This document shows positions 24,769-38,974 of a stretch of DNA of 64,000 nucleotides, one piece after another. A program made the position numbers and the translations under genes. Where the stretch lies: NCBI GenBank assembly GCA_965113315.1, contig OZ220367.1; one strand, written 5' to 3'. The first letter of the stretch is position 1. Each line of letters begins with the position of its first letter. Origin of the DNA: Podarcis vaucheri (Eukaryota). Below the pieces are notes generated by a model that did not search any database, was not told the DNA's origin, and saw only the letters and a program-made list of their open reading frames with translations.

Positions 24769-26863
24769 CTGTAGGGGAAACAGAAATCTAGTAAGCTTCA
24801 ACCTGGACGTGGAACCAGCGCCACAGTACATAATAAGATGCATGTTCTGAGACTGGCTTCCGAACATTGGAGCAAATGAAATTACAGGAGCTTTGCAAGC
24901 CCACCGTTGGAGAAAACCACTTTATTTAATAACATTTATATGCCTCTTGATTGAACAGAAGCCCTCAAAGCAGCTGAACTGGAGATGTCTCCAAAGCACA
25001 ACAGATCAAGTAGCTAGATAGTACCTCAAAATAGGAAAGCATCAGGTTGAGGGAGGTGACTCCTATGAGGTTAATTCTGCCTCTTGACTCCTTCTAGCCC
25101 ATGTTTGGAGCAACACTGGCTGTTTTGTGCCCCATCTCCTTTCTTGGGCAACAAATGGAGCAAATTTTTCTAGGATCACTTGTGTTTGACATAAAGCGCG
25201 TGTTGCGTTTGCAGTGGTGACCCACTTCCCACAAGCCTTGTTTCCGCAGGAGGGAGGACAGGAGCTACATGCAGCCGAGAGGAATTGTCTCAAGATGGCG
25301 GGAAGGATGGGAAATGCTGGCAATTGGTTTTAATTTTTCCGTTCTCCTTCCCTGACCTTCTGCAAGTTGCAAGCGCAGGATGCTTTGAGTTCTCTGGCCT
25401 AGCGAATCTTCCTGCCTCCTAACAACGGCTGCTGTTGAACATATTTGTGGTTTCTTAAGAGCTGGCTTAGCTACCAAGCAAAACTTGGTGCCTTCGGCCC
25501 TGCAGCACTCAAGTAATCGGGTCAGCGATGAAGCTTTCACTTTTTAGTGCTGCCGCCACGGCTTTATAAAGTTTAGGGATTTGCTGTACCTTAGGCTATC
25601 GCTTCCATGTCTTATGTGCTATAGAAATGACAAGCATCCTTAAGTTCCTTTTGTTCTCTTGTTTAATAGCAGTGCAGAGGCATTGCAATGAAGAGAGTCC
25701 TGCTGGATTGTTTACTTATTTAATTTATATGCCACCCTTCAGCTGAGGCTCTCAGGGTGGTTCACAGCATAAAAAGGCAAGATAAAAACATAAAATACAT
25801 AATAAAAACAAGAACGAACCAAAGCAATAGACAGTGGGTTAGTCCAACATCTTGGTTGCTGCAGTGAGCATCTAGATGCCTTGAAGGAGCCCAACGAAGC
25901 CTATTGCCTCTGAATTTGGAGAGTCCATAGCTAGACACCTGCTAATCAGTTTTTAAGCTCCCCTTAAATTATTGAGAAGATGCGGTTCAGAGACTGAGTA
26001 CATTTAATGAGTAATAAGACATGGGATAAGTGCTGCATATGATTGATGCTGCTAAAACCTGGCATTAAAAAGTCATGTTCAAATAGTTTTGCCTCATTAG
26101 CCATTTCCTTTTTTTGACTTCAAAAGTTGCCTATTGTTTCCTTTGATTGCGGGAAGCTCCTAAATTTACTAATGTAGGAAGTGGTGCTTTTTGGAAAAAA
26201 CCGCCACAGGTGTAGTCATTGATTAAGTGGGTGGTGCCTTTTTTCACCTCTCAGTTGTTTGCAACATAACTGATTTTAAAATCATTCTTATTCTTAACAC
26301 TCCTTTGGGCATATTTTGCATCACTTGTTTTACGGTTAATCTATGATATCTGCTTCCTGTGCTTTGGAGCCATTGCTTGCCAGTAGTTTGGAGTCATTGA
26401 TTCACTTCCCCCCTGCTCCTCATTTGTCTTACATCTGGAGTTGACATTTTGTGTGCAAACCAACGAGAAATTAACAACGGGCTGTGTGCCTTCATAGAGT
26501 TCAGAATACACGGAGAAGCATAATATAAACTATTCATTTGCACCTCATTTATTATTTTCTGCTTTGCGTACTTTTGACAACACAGTCATAGTTTCCTCTC
26601 TTCCTTTACCTCTGAACAGTTAAGTTCCCAGTTGCACCCCACCCTCCTGTTCCTCTGTCCTTATCTTTTTTTGTTTAGTGTGTCTGTCGGTGGGCATTTG
26701 ACCCAGCTAGTTCACTTCTCTTTTAGATCCAAAAGAATTGGAGGTGGTGTCAGTTTCCCACCCACAAGGAACTGCTCCTCACTGGGGCTAGTGGTAGTGA
26801 CTGAATTCAAGCTTCTCTGTGCCTGGGGCATTGTGATTTCTGTTGTAGCAATCCAACTTTTGT

Positions 26864-27212
26864 GGGACGCTGGTGGCGCTGTGGGTTAAACCACAGAGCC
26901 TAGGACTTGCCGATCAGATGGTCGGCGGTTCGAACCCCTGCAATGGGGTGAGCTCCTGTTGCTTGGTCCCTGCTCCTGCCAACCTAGCAGTTTGAAAGCA
27001 CGTCAAAGTGCAAGTAGATAAATAGGTAGCGGGAAGGTAAACGGCATTTCCGTGCGCTGCTCTGGTTTGCCAGAAGCGGCTTAGTCATGCTGGCTACATG
27101 ACCCAGAAGCTGTACGCCGGCTCCCTCGGCCAATAAAGCGAGATGAGCGCCGCAACCCCAGAGTCAGCCACGACTGGACCTAATGGTCAGGGGTCTCTTT
27201 ACCTTTACCTTT
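26864..27212 (+). mobile_element. Full-length Sauria SINE (inside an HTR2B intron)
   Basis: A and B boxes; (ACCTTT)n tail; 13-bp TSD aatccaacttttg. Confidence 0.92.
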
Positions 27213-27324
27213 AATCCAACTTTTGCAACTGAAATGTGTTAAGCAATTTCCCAACAAACTAATAATGGTAATGTGTTTGTTGAAAGGAAGGTATTATTGG
27301 TTTGAGTTCTTTTTGTATGTACTT

Positions 27325-27547
27325 TGTGCAAGTAGATAAATCGGTACCACTTTATAGCGGGAAGGTAAATGGCGTTTCCGTGTGCTGCGCTGGTGCTGGC
27401 TCGCCAGAGCAGCTTTGTCATGCTGGCCACGTGACCCGGAAGTGTCTTCGGATGGCGCTGGCCCCCGGCCTCTTAAGTGAGATGGGAGCACAACCCTAGA
27501 GTCGGTCACGACTGGCCCGTACAGGCAGGGGTACCTTTACCTTTACC

Positions 27548-27593
<46 letters not shown>
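27325..27593 (+). mobile_element. 3' half of a Sauria SINE variant followed by a (TAT)n microsatellite
   Basis: GTGCAAGTAGATAAAT...GGGTACCTTTACCTTTACC, then TAT repeats 27549-27593. Confidence 0.8.
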
Positions 27594-27784
27594 TATTTCC
27601 ATGCTTTGCTCTGTTGGACAGCAAGGTATTGTGTATTTTTATCCCTAATGTATAGGAGTTTGAGTTCAGAGATGCTATCTGAATGGCGTGTTAGGGCTTT
27701 GAGCCTTCTTTTGGTACAGAAAGAACATTTGCCCTTGAGATAAGTAGATAGTATAAAATTTCTGACCAGGCACTGGGAATGCCG

Positions 27785-27915
27785 CCTTCGGTTAGAGCAT
27801 GGTGCTGATAATGCCGTGGTTACAGGTTCGATTCCCATAAGGGATTGCTGCATATTCCTGCACTGCAGGGGGTCGGATTAGATGACCGTCAGGTTCTCTT
27901 CCAACTATGATTATG
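27785..27915 (+). mobile_element. SINE: tRNA-Ile-like head plus CR1-type tail
   Basis: GGTTAGAGCATGGTGCTGATAATGCC...GGTTCGATTCCC head; ATTCCTGCACTGCAGGGGGTCGGATTAGATGACC tail. Confidence 0.75.
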
Positions 27916-28107
27916 CCTGTTTTGCTTTAGACCCCCAGCTGCACTTCAGTTTTAGAGATTTTATTCGAGGAAGAGAACCAAGGCTAGCTGATGTCCTCAT
28001 TGGAGGCTGCTCCCCATTCACGCAGCGCCACTTTTCTGGCACCCATGCATTCACACCAGCTGTTAGCAAATGAAAAGCACACTCTCCCTTTGATGCTTGC
28101 CACATAC

Positions 28108-28308
28108 CTATTGAGATCAGCCAGACCACTGTGATTTTGATGAGTGTTGTGGCCCGTGAGTTGTACTGACTCGCTTGGATTGGCTTTTTTATGGCAATGT
28201 AGCGGTCCAGTGAGATGGCGCACAGATGCATGATGGAGGCTGTGGAAAAGAGGACGTCCAGAAACAGCCAGACAGGGCACAGCTCCCGCGGGAGAGGCCA
28301 TGCAATCT
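28108..28308 (-). CDS. HTR2B: HTR2B middle coding exon, 201 bp (TM3-TM4)
   Basis: tttttcag acceptor; (E)[44 protein letters not shown]...VVWLISI(G) with D3.32 and DRY; G|gtatgt donor. Confidence 0.97.
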
Positions 28309-29324
28309 CTGAAAAAGAGTAGGAAAGGGTTAGGATTCTTCTTGGGGGGGTGTATCCTGTGGAAGAGGGTGCAACATTTACTAAATGAATTCGCGACACT
28401 ATAACCCCCTCCAATTAATCAGGCAGGAGTTTTTAAAAAGTTATTTTTACTACAAGTAATTTTTAAAAACTGCAGGTGATATCTCGGAAGAGGCCTTCTT
28501 CCACCTCTCCTGCACTGGAGGAGCTGCTTTTAAGATGAGTGTTTGCATTGGTAGATGTGGGGTGGGATCTATTCTGTAGAACCCTTTCTCAATTGCAAAT
28601 GTAAGCACATTTAATCTATTGATTAATCAAGGCTTCTTGAACAGGGCAATTGCCCTATCTTCAATGCCTTTGAGGTAGTGGCCTAAAAATCAGTGGATTG
28701 TGGGCTTATTAAGCAAAAAGAGGGCAGCAGCAGCTGGTGATCTGTTAAGCGTTAGAGGTGTAGTGTTCTGGTTTTGGGGCACAGCAATTCTGGTACATAT
28801 GCTGCTTTACAATTAGGTGACTTTTTCTTCGCTGTGGTGGCGGCGATCAGGTGAAAATACCGCATCTTGTTGCAACGCATAGTTTTCCTTTTCATAATTC
28901 GGAATCCTGATTTCTAAATAGGGCTTCTTCAGCCCTGTGCACCTGCTAATAGTAAATTGTCCCCCTTTCATTTTGTCATATTCAAATCCATCAGCATCAC
29001 TATTCCTGTAGTAGCCAGCTCCTGTTCCTTACTTAATGGTGCAAGGTTTGGTTTCTAAGCCAGATTTCTTTGTAGAGGCCCTTGCTATGAATTAGCTGTG
29101 TCCTTCTTGGGGATTAAATTGGGGATTAAATTGCAATAAAAACGAATACATTTTGGGGGGCATAACTGTTCAAAGGTAAAAATAAAGTGGGTTTTTTTTT
29201 ACTCTGGGCATAATCTTGAGATTTTGAACCTTGCTGATTGTGTGTGCCCTCTTTTCTTAATCTGTGGGGCCAACACTAGTTGCCAGGATTCTCAGCTTTA
29301 CTACTACTACTACTACCAATAATA

Positions 29325-29664
29325 ATAGTAATAATTTATTATTTATACCCCGCCCATCTGGCTAGGCTTCTCCAGCCACTCTGGGTGGCTTCCCAAAAAA
29401 TATTAAAATACAGTAATACATCAAACATTAAAAGCTTCCCTGAACAGGGCTGCCTTCAGATGTCTTCTAAAAGTCTGGTAGTTGTTGTTCTCTTTGACAT
29501 CTGGTGGGCGGGCGTTTCACAGGGTGGGTGCCACCACCGAAAAGGCCCTCTTCCTGGTTCCCTGTAACTTGGCTTCTCACAGCGAGGGAACCGGCAGAAG
29601 GCCCTCGGAGCTGGACCTCAGTGTCCGGGGAGAACGATGGGGGTGGAGATGCTCCTTCAGATAC
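29325..29664 (-). mobile_element. L2 LINE 3' end
   Basis: Shares TTTATACCCCGCCCATCTGGCT terminus and body with 12617-13377. Confidence 0.85.
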
Positions 29665-30929
29665 TAAGGTTGACAAGGATAATGAATCAACTACTACTGG
29701 GTGAAACCTATTTAAGCTGCCTACGGCTTTGTTAAGCAGAATACAGCAAAACCAGATCTGAATGCGATTCTCCCCACCTTCCCGGCTGCCTTTTCATTTT
29801 GGATCCATAAGCAGCAACTACTGTCCCACCTCCCCCTTTCCCCAGGTAGCCTGGGGGAGGCTTCCGGTGTGTCTATAGCTTCCCTGCACAAGCCATCCAA
29901 TTCCTACACAGAAACCATACACTCCCGACATTGTGGGGAGCATTGTGTGAGTGGCTCTGCACCTGTGTTAAATGGCTGTTTCTTTATTGGAATATGGTGG
30001 GATGCTGTGGAGTCCAAACCACGTGGCAGCTGGTTCTTCCTGCAGCAGCCAGCCCTCCGCAGTCTTATTTTTAAAGAAGTCCGCTCTGTGGTTTGTTGGG
30101 TATTAATAGTAATAGCAGAGGGAAAAACCCTGCAGCGCTTTTTTTTTGGTTTTGTTTAAAAAGAGAATTGATAACATTTAAAATGAAGTAGAAAGCCGAT
30201 GCCTTGTTGAATAGACCGTGAAATGTTGAGCAAACCTTTTTAAAGATTTCCTTTGAGTTTTTATTAGCTTTTTTTAAAAAAAAATCTCTCGTTCCCAGAG
30301 CACAGTCGTGCCAGAAGAAATAAAAGCTTCAAGTAACCAATTAAATTTGCGTGCTTGAAATCCCGAGATTCTATCTAGCAAGGCAAGCGTTTTCCTGCGC
30401 CTTGAACTAATGTTGTTGAGACCAAGTAATGTATGGCCTTTTTGTGTGCAGGTGTTCGCTTTACATGTGAAGAGGATGATGGCTCCTGGCTCGCTAGATT
30501 TCCAATGAATGATTTCAATGTTTTCTCTCCTTTGTGCCGTGCTGCTTAGACGTTACCTCCTTTCTTCTCATTCCTGCAGGGAGAGAATTTTTGCGCTGTA
30601 GCAAAATAGCCTCTCTCGCCCTCTTACATCAGAGAACGTGGATTTTTCTCCCGCTAAACTTCTGCTTTTTCTTCCTTTTGTGCTCAGTTTTGAGAGAGGT
30701 GGTGTGCGTGTGTTGTGTGTTTAAGAAAAGTGACTTTAAATGCTTGATATTGAGAGTGCTGGCTGCAATTTGAGTGTGGGTGTTTCCGTGTTTGGTGGCC
30801 CAGTGAATAAGGCATTGGACTGCCTTCGGCCCAGATCACATCATGGCTGTTGAGTGATCTTCTTGGCCATGTGTAATATTAACTCTTTCCTCTCTGTAAA
30901 ATGAGAATAATGAAGAGGAGGAGTTACAG

Positions 30930-31157
30930 GAGGCAGTGGTAGCGGTGTAGCCTCTGAGCTGTGAACTGGGAAGTCCCTGGTGCAAATTTCACCTTGGCCA
31001 TGAATTCAGTAGGCAGCCTTTGATAAACTGCATTCTTTTACTTTCAGCACCTCGCCTTGTGATTTGCTAACACTGATCTACCTTACAGGATGGTTGCAAC
31101 AATTTACATGATGGGTTTTGAACATTTTAAAGCACTATATCAGTGCTAAGTGATTAT
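30930..31157 (+). mobile_element. Degenerate CORE/MIR-like SINE remnant
   Basis: Decayed tRNA head, CCTTACAGG core, AAGCACTATAT...GCTAAGT tail; similar remnants near 32.8, 48.0, 48.6 and 56.3 kb. Confidence 0.45.
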
Positions 31158-31299
31158 ACTGCCCCAGTGACATCTGCTAAGTAGGGGAATGTCTTATTCT
31201 CTGGCCCAGGCAAGCCAAACTCCTTGGCTCTATAGATGTCAGCCTGCAAATCCTAATGCTCTTTGTTGATCATGTGTGTTACAAATTGCGTCACCTACA

Positions 31300-31396
31300 T
31301 ATGTCAGGAGTGCTCTGATGGTGTTTCCTGCTTGGCAGGGGGTTGGACTCAATGGCCCTTGTGGTCTCTTCCAACTCTAGGATTCTATGATTCTAC
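31300..31396 (+). mobile_element. CR1 LINE extreme 3' end
   Basis: Near-exact reverse complement of 49929-50020; ATTCTATG-type tail. Confidence 0.8.
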
Positions 31397-34300
31397 ATTT
31401 TCCAATCAGATAGAAGGACCGTCACTCTTCATTGAAATGATGGTAGACTGTCTTTCAAAGACTCCTGCCTACCATTTACTAGTCTCATTTAGGAACTCTT
31501 GATAAGTTTATAAAGAACCCCAAAGTTTCCTTGGATGCACTTAAAGCCCACTGTCCTAGAAGAGTGAATAGAGTCAAGAGGCACACACATTTCCTCTCTT
31601 AGATCTTCCCTATCAACTGTCAGAAATGAAAGGAATTGTGTTTGTGTGATGTGTTGAGAGTCTGTACAGTTGTGGAAGCACAGAAGTCTTAAAAGCAGGG
31701 AGGGGTGGGCCTTATTGGCTGACTTGGCCACAGCTGACACTATTTAAACAGTTATCTGGCTAATGGATTTTTAAGGGATTACTAGCCTTCTAGGAGACTC
31801 AGCTGTGTTCTTGCTTCAGTCCACCCAGTCCAGGGCCTTTTTTTGCTTCTGGTGTGAATTTTCTCTTCTAGCAGTTGCTGAGGAAGCAGAAATACACAAC
31901 TTTTGCGGCTAAGTAGACATCTTATGGATGTGAATTCAGCTTAGGGTCAGCTGTGTTTTCAGAGTGCCTGCAAATAATGTCGCCACACCTATTTAATTAC
32001 GATCCCTAACTTCCCTCCCTTTGAAGCAGCCTGCAACATGAGCTTCCTTTTTGTTGGCTTCTAAATTAAGATTCCTTGCATTTTTTAAACTTCGGTTTTA
32101 GTAGTTTTCACTCAGGATTAATGGAAGATTAAATTTCAATAATAAAAGAAGACGAGAGCAGAAAAGCAAAATTGTTAGGAAGCTTAAGGCCAAGTTAGCC
32201 ACTCGCAGGACTGGCATCTTGTGTCGTTTGGCCCTGAGTAAACTTGAGAGGAGAGAGTTTGTAATCCTTTTGCAGTTTTTTGCTGGTCGCTAATCACTTG
32301 CTCTTTTACTTCTTCTAACTCTTAGTGCTTACATTTAATGTTGCTCAGCTTCACAGCAGTATGGCAAATCCTGCAAGCTATGAAGATCTCTGTAGCTCAA
32401 GAGACCTGATCATAGTGAACCTCTCAGAATGCTCACATCTTCTCAAAACAAAATGTTATCACTCTTGTATCTGGATTAGAAGAAAGCAGTCTTGAAGGCG
32501 ATGGAGCTGGAAGTTCCCATCATCCCTGACCACTGGTCCTGATAGCTAGGGACGATGGGAATTGTAGTACAAAAACAGCTGGAGACCCAAGTCCGGGAAA
32601 CCTTGATTTATAATGACTCCAGGGCCAAGACTTGCTTGTCTGAGTTAGTCCTGCCTCTGTGCATATTTAGTTTGAGTGATGTATTTGCTATGATCTTAGC
32701 CAGTGTAATTTAAGTGCGCTGGATAGCAGTAGAAAATACGGCAGTAGCTTCCTATTTAATGTAGGATTTATTTGCGTTGCTTCTTCAAAGGTTCCTCCTC
32801 ATGATTTGCACTCACAATTACTCCCTTGGGTGGTATAGTAGTTTAAGAGACTGTTACAGAAAAGTTCCCGATTTAATTCTTGCCTTCTGCCATGAAGTCA
32901 TTAACCGACTTCACCCAGAACCTCCCCGCCCCACCCCACTGATAAGGGGATAATAATACTGGGCTGCCTTTGTCATTTGTAAGGATCATGACAAGGTATT
33001 ATATGTGAAGGGCTTTGAACAGTATAAAGTGTTATTTGAACACTACATTTATACATTCAGCTGATCTCCACATGGACATGGGGTAAGAATCAACTAACCC
33101 ATCTTGGTTTTATCTTCCTTGTACCTGGAGGGACATTCGTGCTTTTCCTTCCAAGCAATAAGGACTGTTTTTGTCTTTATTTTTTATTTCCAGCTTGAAA
33201 ACTGCGGCCATAACATGTCACTTGGTTCATTTCCTTTGAACCATAGTTTTGTGCGTTTTGTATCCACTCAGTAGATTTTATCGCTTTTCTTTGCTGGATA
33301 ATAATTCATAGAGGCCAAATTGTCATAGGGCCTTTTTGTGCGTATGTGGAGGGAAAATTGAACTAATGAGACAATACATGCTTTCCGCAATTTGAGCTTT
33401 CTGTATCCTGTCCCCTGGCACTGTTTACTGATGTAGCATTGCATTCTAGTCTTCCCGTTGACTCTTGCTACGAATCAGTAGTACATGGGTACAGTTAAGA
33501 CTACTGAATGTAGGGGCATTTCCACTGGACGAGTGGGGTACCATACCAATGCACACTTGTAATTGTACATTAGGTAATTCGACCAGTTCCCTGCGTTAAA
33601 TGGACTCTTGTCAATTATTCCAAGCTGCTAATAGAATTTCTGTTTGTGATGGGCTGTGAAACGAGGACTGGAACTAAGGAGATTTAACTGCTGTGCAGGT
33701 GACTGAGTAGTCCTATCTACCACGAGAGTATGTACAAGAAGACACCTTGCATGGGAGCTGATTCACCAAGACCAGGAGTTGAAATCAGACCACATCCCAT
33801 GTCATGGCAAGGAGGCGAAGGCCTTCCACTTCACCCCTTAGCTGTGACATATCAGAGAATTCAGACAAACTGCCATCAAACTATGATCATGGTTTCACAA
33901 CCTCATCTCAACCGGCTTTGAACCATGCCACTGAACATTTCCCCGACTTTCATTTGTAGATCCATTTTTTGTTTTTAGGAGACGCAGAAAAAAATATTTT
34001 TGGAAATCTAGCAGAATATGAGGTTAAGGAAGACATTACTCAAAATTCCCCATTGAATTGTTTAAATGAATTTCACATAAATCACTAGAATACTGACTTA
34101 GAGTCTGTCTTAACTCTAGAAAGCAAAAAAAGGCAAACTGATTGCACTCAAATGAACTTTTATTTCACTGAAGCTGGAGATTAAATGATGTCAGTATCTT
34201 ATATCACACATATGGTCTGTGTTATGAATCATTGTGTACAGAGGCAGAAAAGGGGCTTTCTTGAAATGGATGGAACGATGCCCATTGGTGGCGATCATGG

Positions 34301-34442
34301 TGAATGTTTCTAGTTTATGTAAAAAAAAAAATTTAAAAAAAACTTATTCTAATTTTATAGGAACTGTGTATATTTTCATTTAAACTATGACACTATCACT
34401 GCTGTGTGTTATAACATAGCTGCCCACTTGGCAGAAGAGCTA

Positions 34443-35284
<842 letters not shown>

Positions 35285-36024
35285 CTACATAATAGAACAT
35301 ACACATGTCATGTTTTTATTTTTGTTGATGGGCTAGAATTGTTACACCAAACTTAGAGGTGGCATATGCTGAAAATTTATACCATCCGAGTTTTGAGTTT
35401 TAAAGGTTGCGATGTTGCAAAAAACTCGAAATTGGGGGGGGGAACAGCTCCGGAGATAACTATTTATACTGTTTGGGTACAGCTTTGCTCCCCTTCTCAG
35501 TAGTTGAGCTATGAGAATAATTCCCAGTTCTTTCTCTCCGTAAATTCCATTTCCCTAGAGAACTACAGCTTGTAAACTGATGCGGGCTTCTTTACTATGT
35601 CCCTGCCTGCTTGTTCATCAGGTGGAAGGGCAGATAAAATCAATTTAGGATTTATTTATTTTCAAGCTAATAGTGCAATCCTATTCATTTTTACTCAGAA
35701 GAAACTCGCATTGAGTTAATGGTACTTATTGCAGGTGATTGCAGGCTGGAACTATAGGGGGGTTACTTGTTCAATGGGAAGACAGCAAATAATAATCTTG
35801 CCGGAATTACAGTTCGTGAACTATTTGACCAGACAGACTTGACTTCTAAATCCCTTTTGAGAGGAACATTTACCAATTCCTTCTCTCTAATAAACAAGCA
35901 CACGAAAGTGGCCCCCTTGGATTTCTGTATTTGCATTCAATTTTTTTCTATGGCGTTTCTCGATATACAAAGGGCACGTTACCATTCTTGCCTTTTAACA
36001 GTTTTAAAACGACTGACGCCTTAC

Positions 36025-36450
36025 CTTATTTATCCACTCCCTGGATTTTAGCGGAATTTCCCTAGTCCTTGAGCTGGATCCGTTTCCTTGGAGGACGTGT
36101 GTTCCTTATTTGCCGCACACTGGATGCTTCGAATGTCTCCCTCTAATTGCATTGCTTTCTTCCAAGCCAGCCACGCACACTTGCGATTGAATTTCCCACC
36201 GCAGTCGGGTTCACTTTGCGATTACGCCGCTGATTTCTTTCTCTTGTCAAGCCCAGAGGAGGAGGAGAACGGCTTGAGTCAATGGCTCCCTCCCTCCTCT
36301 GTCATGCTGCCGTTTTCTTTTGGTAATTTTTACATACTTAATATGTCCCCTGAGCACTGACCAGCCCTTCCTCTCTGCCTCTCGCCTTCTGTGCAGCTTC
36401 CTCTGAACGTGTATGCTCTGCTGCTATCATCTGTTGATTGACTCATTCCA
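36025..36450 (-). promoter_or_regulatory. Candidate HTR2B non-coding exon 1 and proximal promoter
   Basis: Strong minus-strand donor AAG|GTAAGG at 36025/36024; no recognisable repeats; AP-1 heptamers TGAGTCA (36275-36281) and TGACTCA (36439-36445); TSS unknown. Confidence 0.45.
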
Positions 36451-38497
36451 GTGCACCCAGCTCCAAGTGCTTAAAACGCAAAGCAACAAATGAGCAGATA
36501 TCCTCTCCCCTCCCTCTTTTCTTTTGCATCTGGAGAAGAGCCATGCAAGGTTATTTCCTCCCACCCCCACCATCCAGCTTTCCAGACCTGAAGCGCACAA
36601 CTCTCATCCCCAACTCTGAATGGGTTGATCCAATCAACGCCGGTCCTTTTCACTTGAGCATGTAAAAATACACTGTTCCCTTTTTCACGGCAGTCAAAAG
36701 GTGCTCCCTGGTAGTAGGAGCTTTTTACGTCTTTCATAAATACAGGGGAAACAACACTGTGCGACAATTTATCTGCAATCTACATAGTGCTTCAAGTGCA
36801 CAAGTCAATCACAGGCCGTGCTTTAATAATCTTCCCAGCAGTCCTGCCAGTTGGGCTTCAATTTTACAAACAGGGAACTGAGGCCAGGAGGTGCCTAAAA
36901 TCTTGGGTGAGTTTATGGCTTTCCTGTGTACTATTGCTTGCAAATGAATCTTGCGTGCATTACCTGGAAGTAGGTGAACTAATCAGTGTTTTTGAAGGTG
37001 TAAAACTTTGTTTCCCAACAGATGTTGTGTATTAAAGATAAAGTTGTGGGTAATATGTCAAGCATTCTGGCTCAACCATCTAGGATTTAGTTTGGTGTGC
37101 ATGTGCAGTTGTTGCGGCATTTTTTGTTCCAGAGAATGGAGTACCAATTAGATTCTCAAATTATTGCTGTAATTTTGTGAGTCACAAAAACTTTGGTTCG
37201 GGGTAGCTACTCTACAAGTCGTGCGTATTTGGCACAGTGCATATGGAAATACATGGGGGGGGTACATTGTAATGGATTAAAGCAATAGTAGGCTCCTTCA
37301 CATAATGCTTAATTTAAGGAACTCACTGCAACAAAATGTGGTGGTTGGTTACTGACTTAGCTGCCTTCCAAATGGGATTACATTCTTGGGGTGCCATTTT
37401 GTCTCTGAAGAGCTGCCCTTTACTTCAGTCTCGTGCATCCTGAACAACAACCAGCAAACTGACATTTCTAAATCACATGGAACAGCCTTCTTGCAGCCTG
37501 GCTGGGGCTGGTGGGGGTTATAGTACAAAACTTAGGAAGGTAACCAGTTTGGGGATGTTTTGCATAGGGCCTGTTGCTTGGCCTAGAAAATGGTAGCGTG
37601 TAGCCATTTCTTGTTTAAGAAAACCACTTTTGTCTGAGTTACACCTGGAACATACATCCAGAATCCTCTGGGGCACAGAGAGGTTGCTCATCGGGAGCAT
37701 TTAAAGGAACCTCGTTCCCAGCCATGCCATCTGCCCATCTAGTTCAGATACGACTCCTCAGACTGACAGGGACTCTCCAGGGTCTTCCCCATCACCTGCT
37801 GCCGGTTATTTCTCTAAAAGCCAGGAATTGTCAGGTGCACAGGAGTTCATCAGCATACAACAAAAAGGAAGGTAGAAAGGGTCCCTGAGGAACGGATGGT
37901 CTCTTACACTGAATGTAGAATGGCTGCCTTGGAAGCAGATACACTTAACGATAATGCCGTCCTTGACAGATAACACTACTTTTGTACATTTGGAGTGTTA
38001 TGGGCTGAAGCTGTCCTTTTCATCTGACATCCTTGTAAAGATCCAGGTTGTGCCGCTGTTGAGACAGCTGCCATTAAGACGCCGTGAGGCTACTGCAAAA
38101 TAGGTTCGCCTCCCTCCATTTCTCATTGTGGCAACAGGAAATTCACCCTTCCTCCTGTGAGGAGTTTGGTATTCTGCAGGTGGCTTTCAATAAGTACATT
38201 TGTTTTGGAAATTTCCATTATCGGTCCTGTGCGTCTGAAGAATAGCTATTTTTAGCGTGTGCAGGGGGCTAGATTTCTGGCTGGAGTGAAAATTAAATGT
38301 TTGCACCGTGCTTGAAAGTCTGCGGTTGCCTCTTACATGTTGGGGTCGGTTCTTTGCCACTGTGATGCGTGCGGATGTGCTGTTGCTGCCCCCTGTCGAA
38401 GTGTTAACTCTTTCACAGAGGAAAAGCTTTGTGCCTTCAATATTTTCAGAAGGCAAATGAGTCCATAGAAGCTTATGCCATAATAAATGCCTTAGCT

Positions 38498-38635
38498 CAG
38501 CGGTTCTCAACCTGTGGGTTCCCAGATGTTGTTGGACTACAACTCCCATCATCCCTGAGCTCTGGCCTTGCTAGCTAGGGGTGATGGGAGTTGTAGTTCA
38601 ACAACATCTGGCGACCCACAGGTGGAGAAAGGCTG
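38498..38635. mobile_element. Short palindromic hAT-type MITE
   Basis: CAGCGGTTCTCAACCTGTGGGT...ACCCACAGGTGGAGAAAGGCTG hairpin; perfect 8-bp TSD ccttagct; related fragments near 32.5, 52.8, 58.2 and 60.5 kb. Confidence 0.88.
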
Positions 38636-38974
38636 CCTTAGCTGAATGCTGTAAGACTCCGGGTTCTGGGGAACTGAGTAGCAAGTGATAGGATTTGATT
38701 TGAGAAGTCCCAAAGGACGTGTTTGAAATATCACTCCATTCTGGAACGGGGATGCTCACTTGACTTTCCAAGAACAAGTGTTCCTTTGAATTAAAGTATA
38801 ATTCTCAGGAAAAAGACAAAACATCATGCACAAACGGTTTCATGATGAAGCAGGGTTATGGTTAGCTCAGAGGGTGGGGAAGGACGTTCATTTATAAAGG
38901 GCAGGACTTGAATTGTTTTCCCCCCCTTCTGAGCAATTACGGTTTAAGAAGAATGGGCACGTTTGTTGATAAAG

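Noticed and set aside
27785-27850. tRNA-like segments here and at 39062, 46690, 54290 and 60340 as functional tRNA genes
   Set aside because: Acceptor stems are incomplete or mismatched and each is fused to a retroposon tail, so they are SINE heads.
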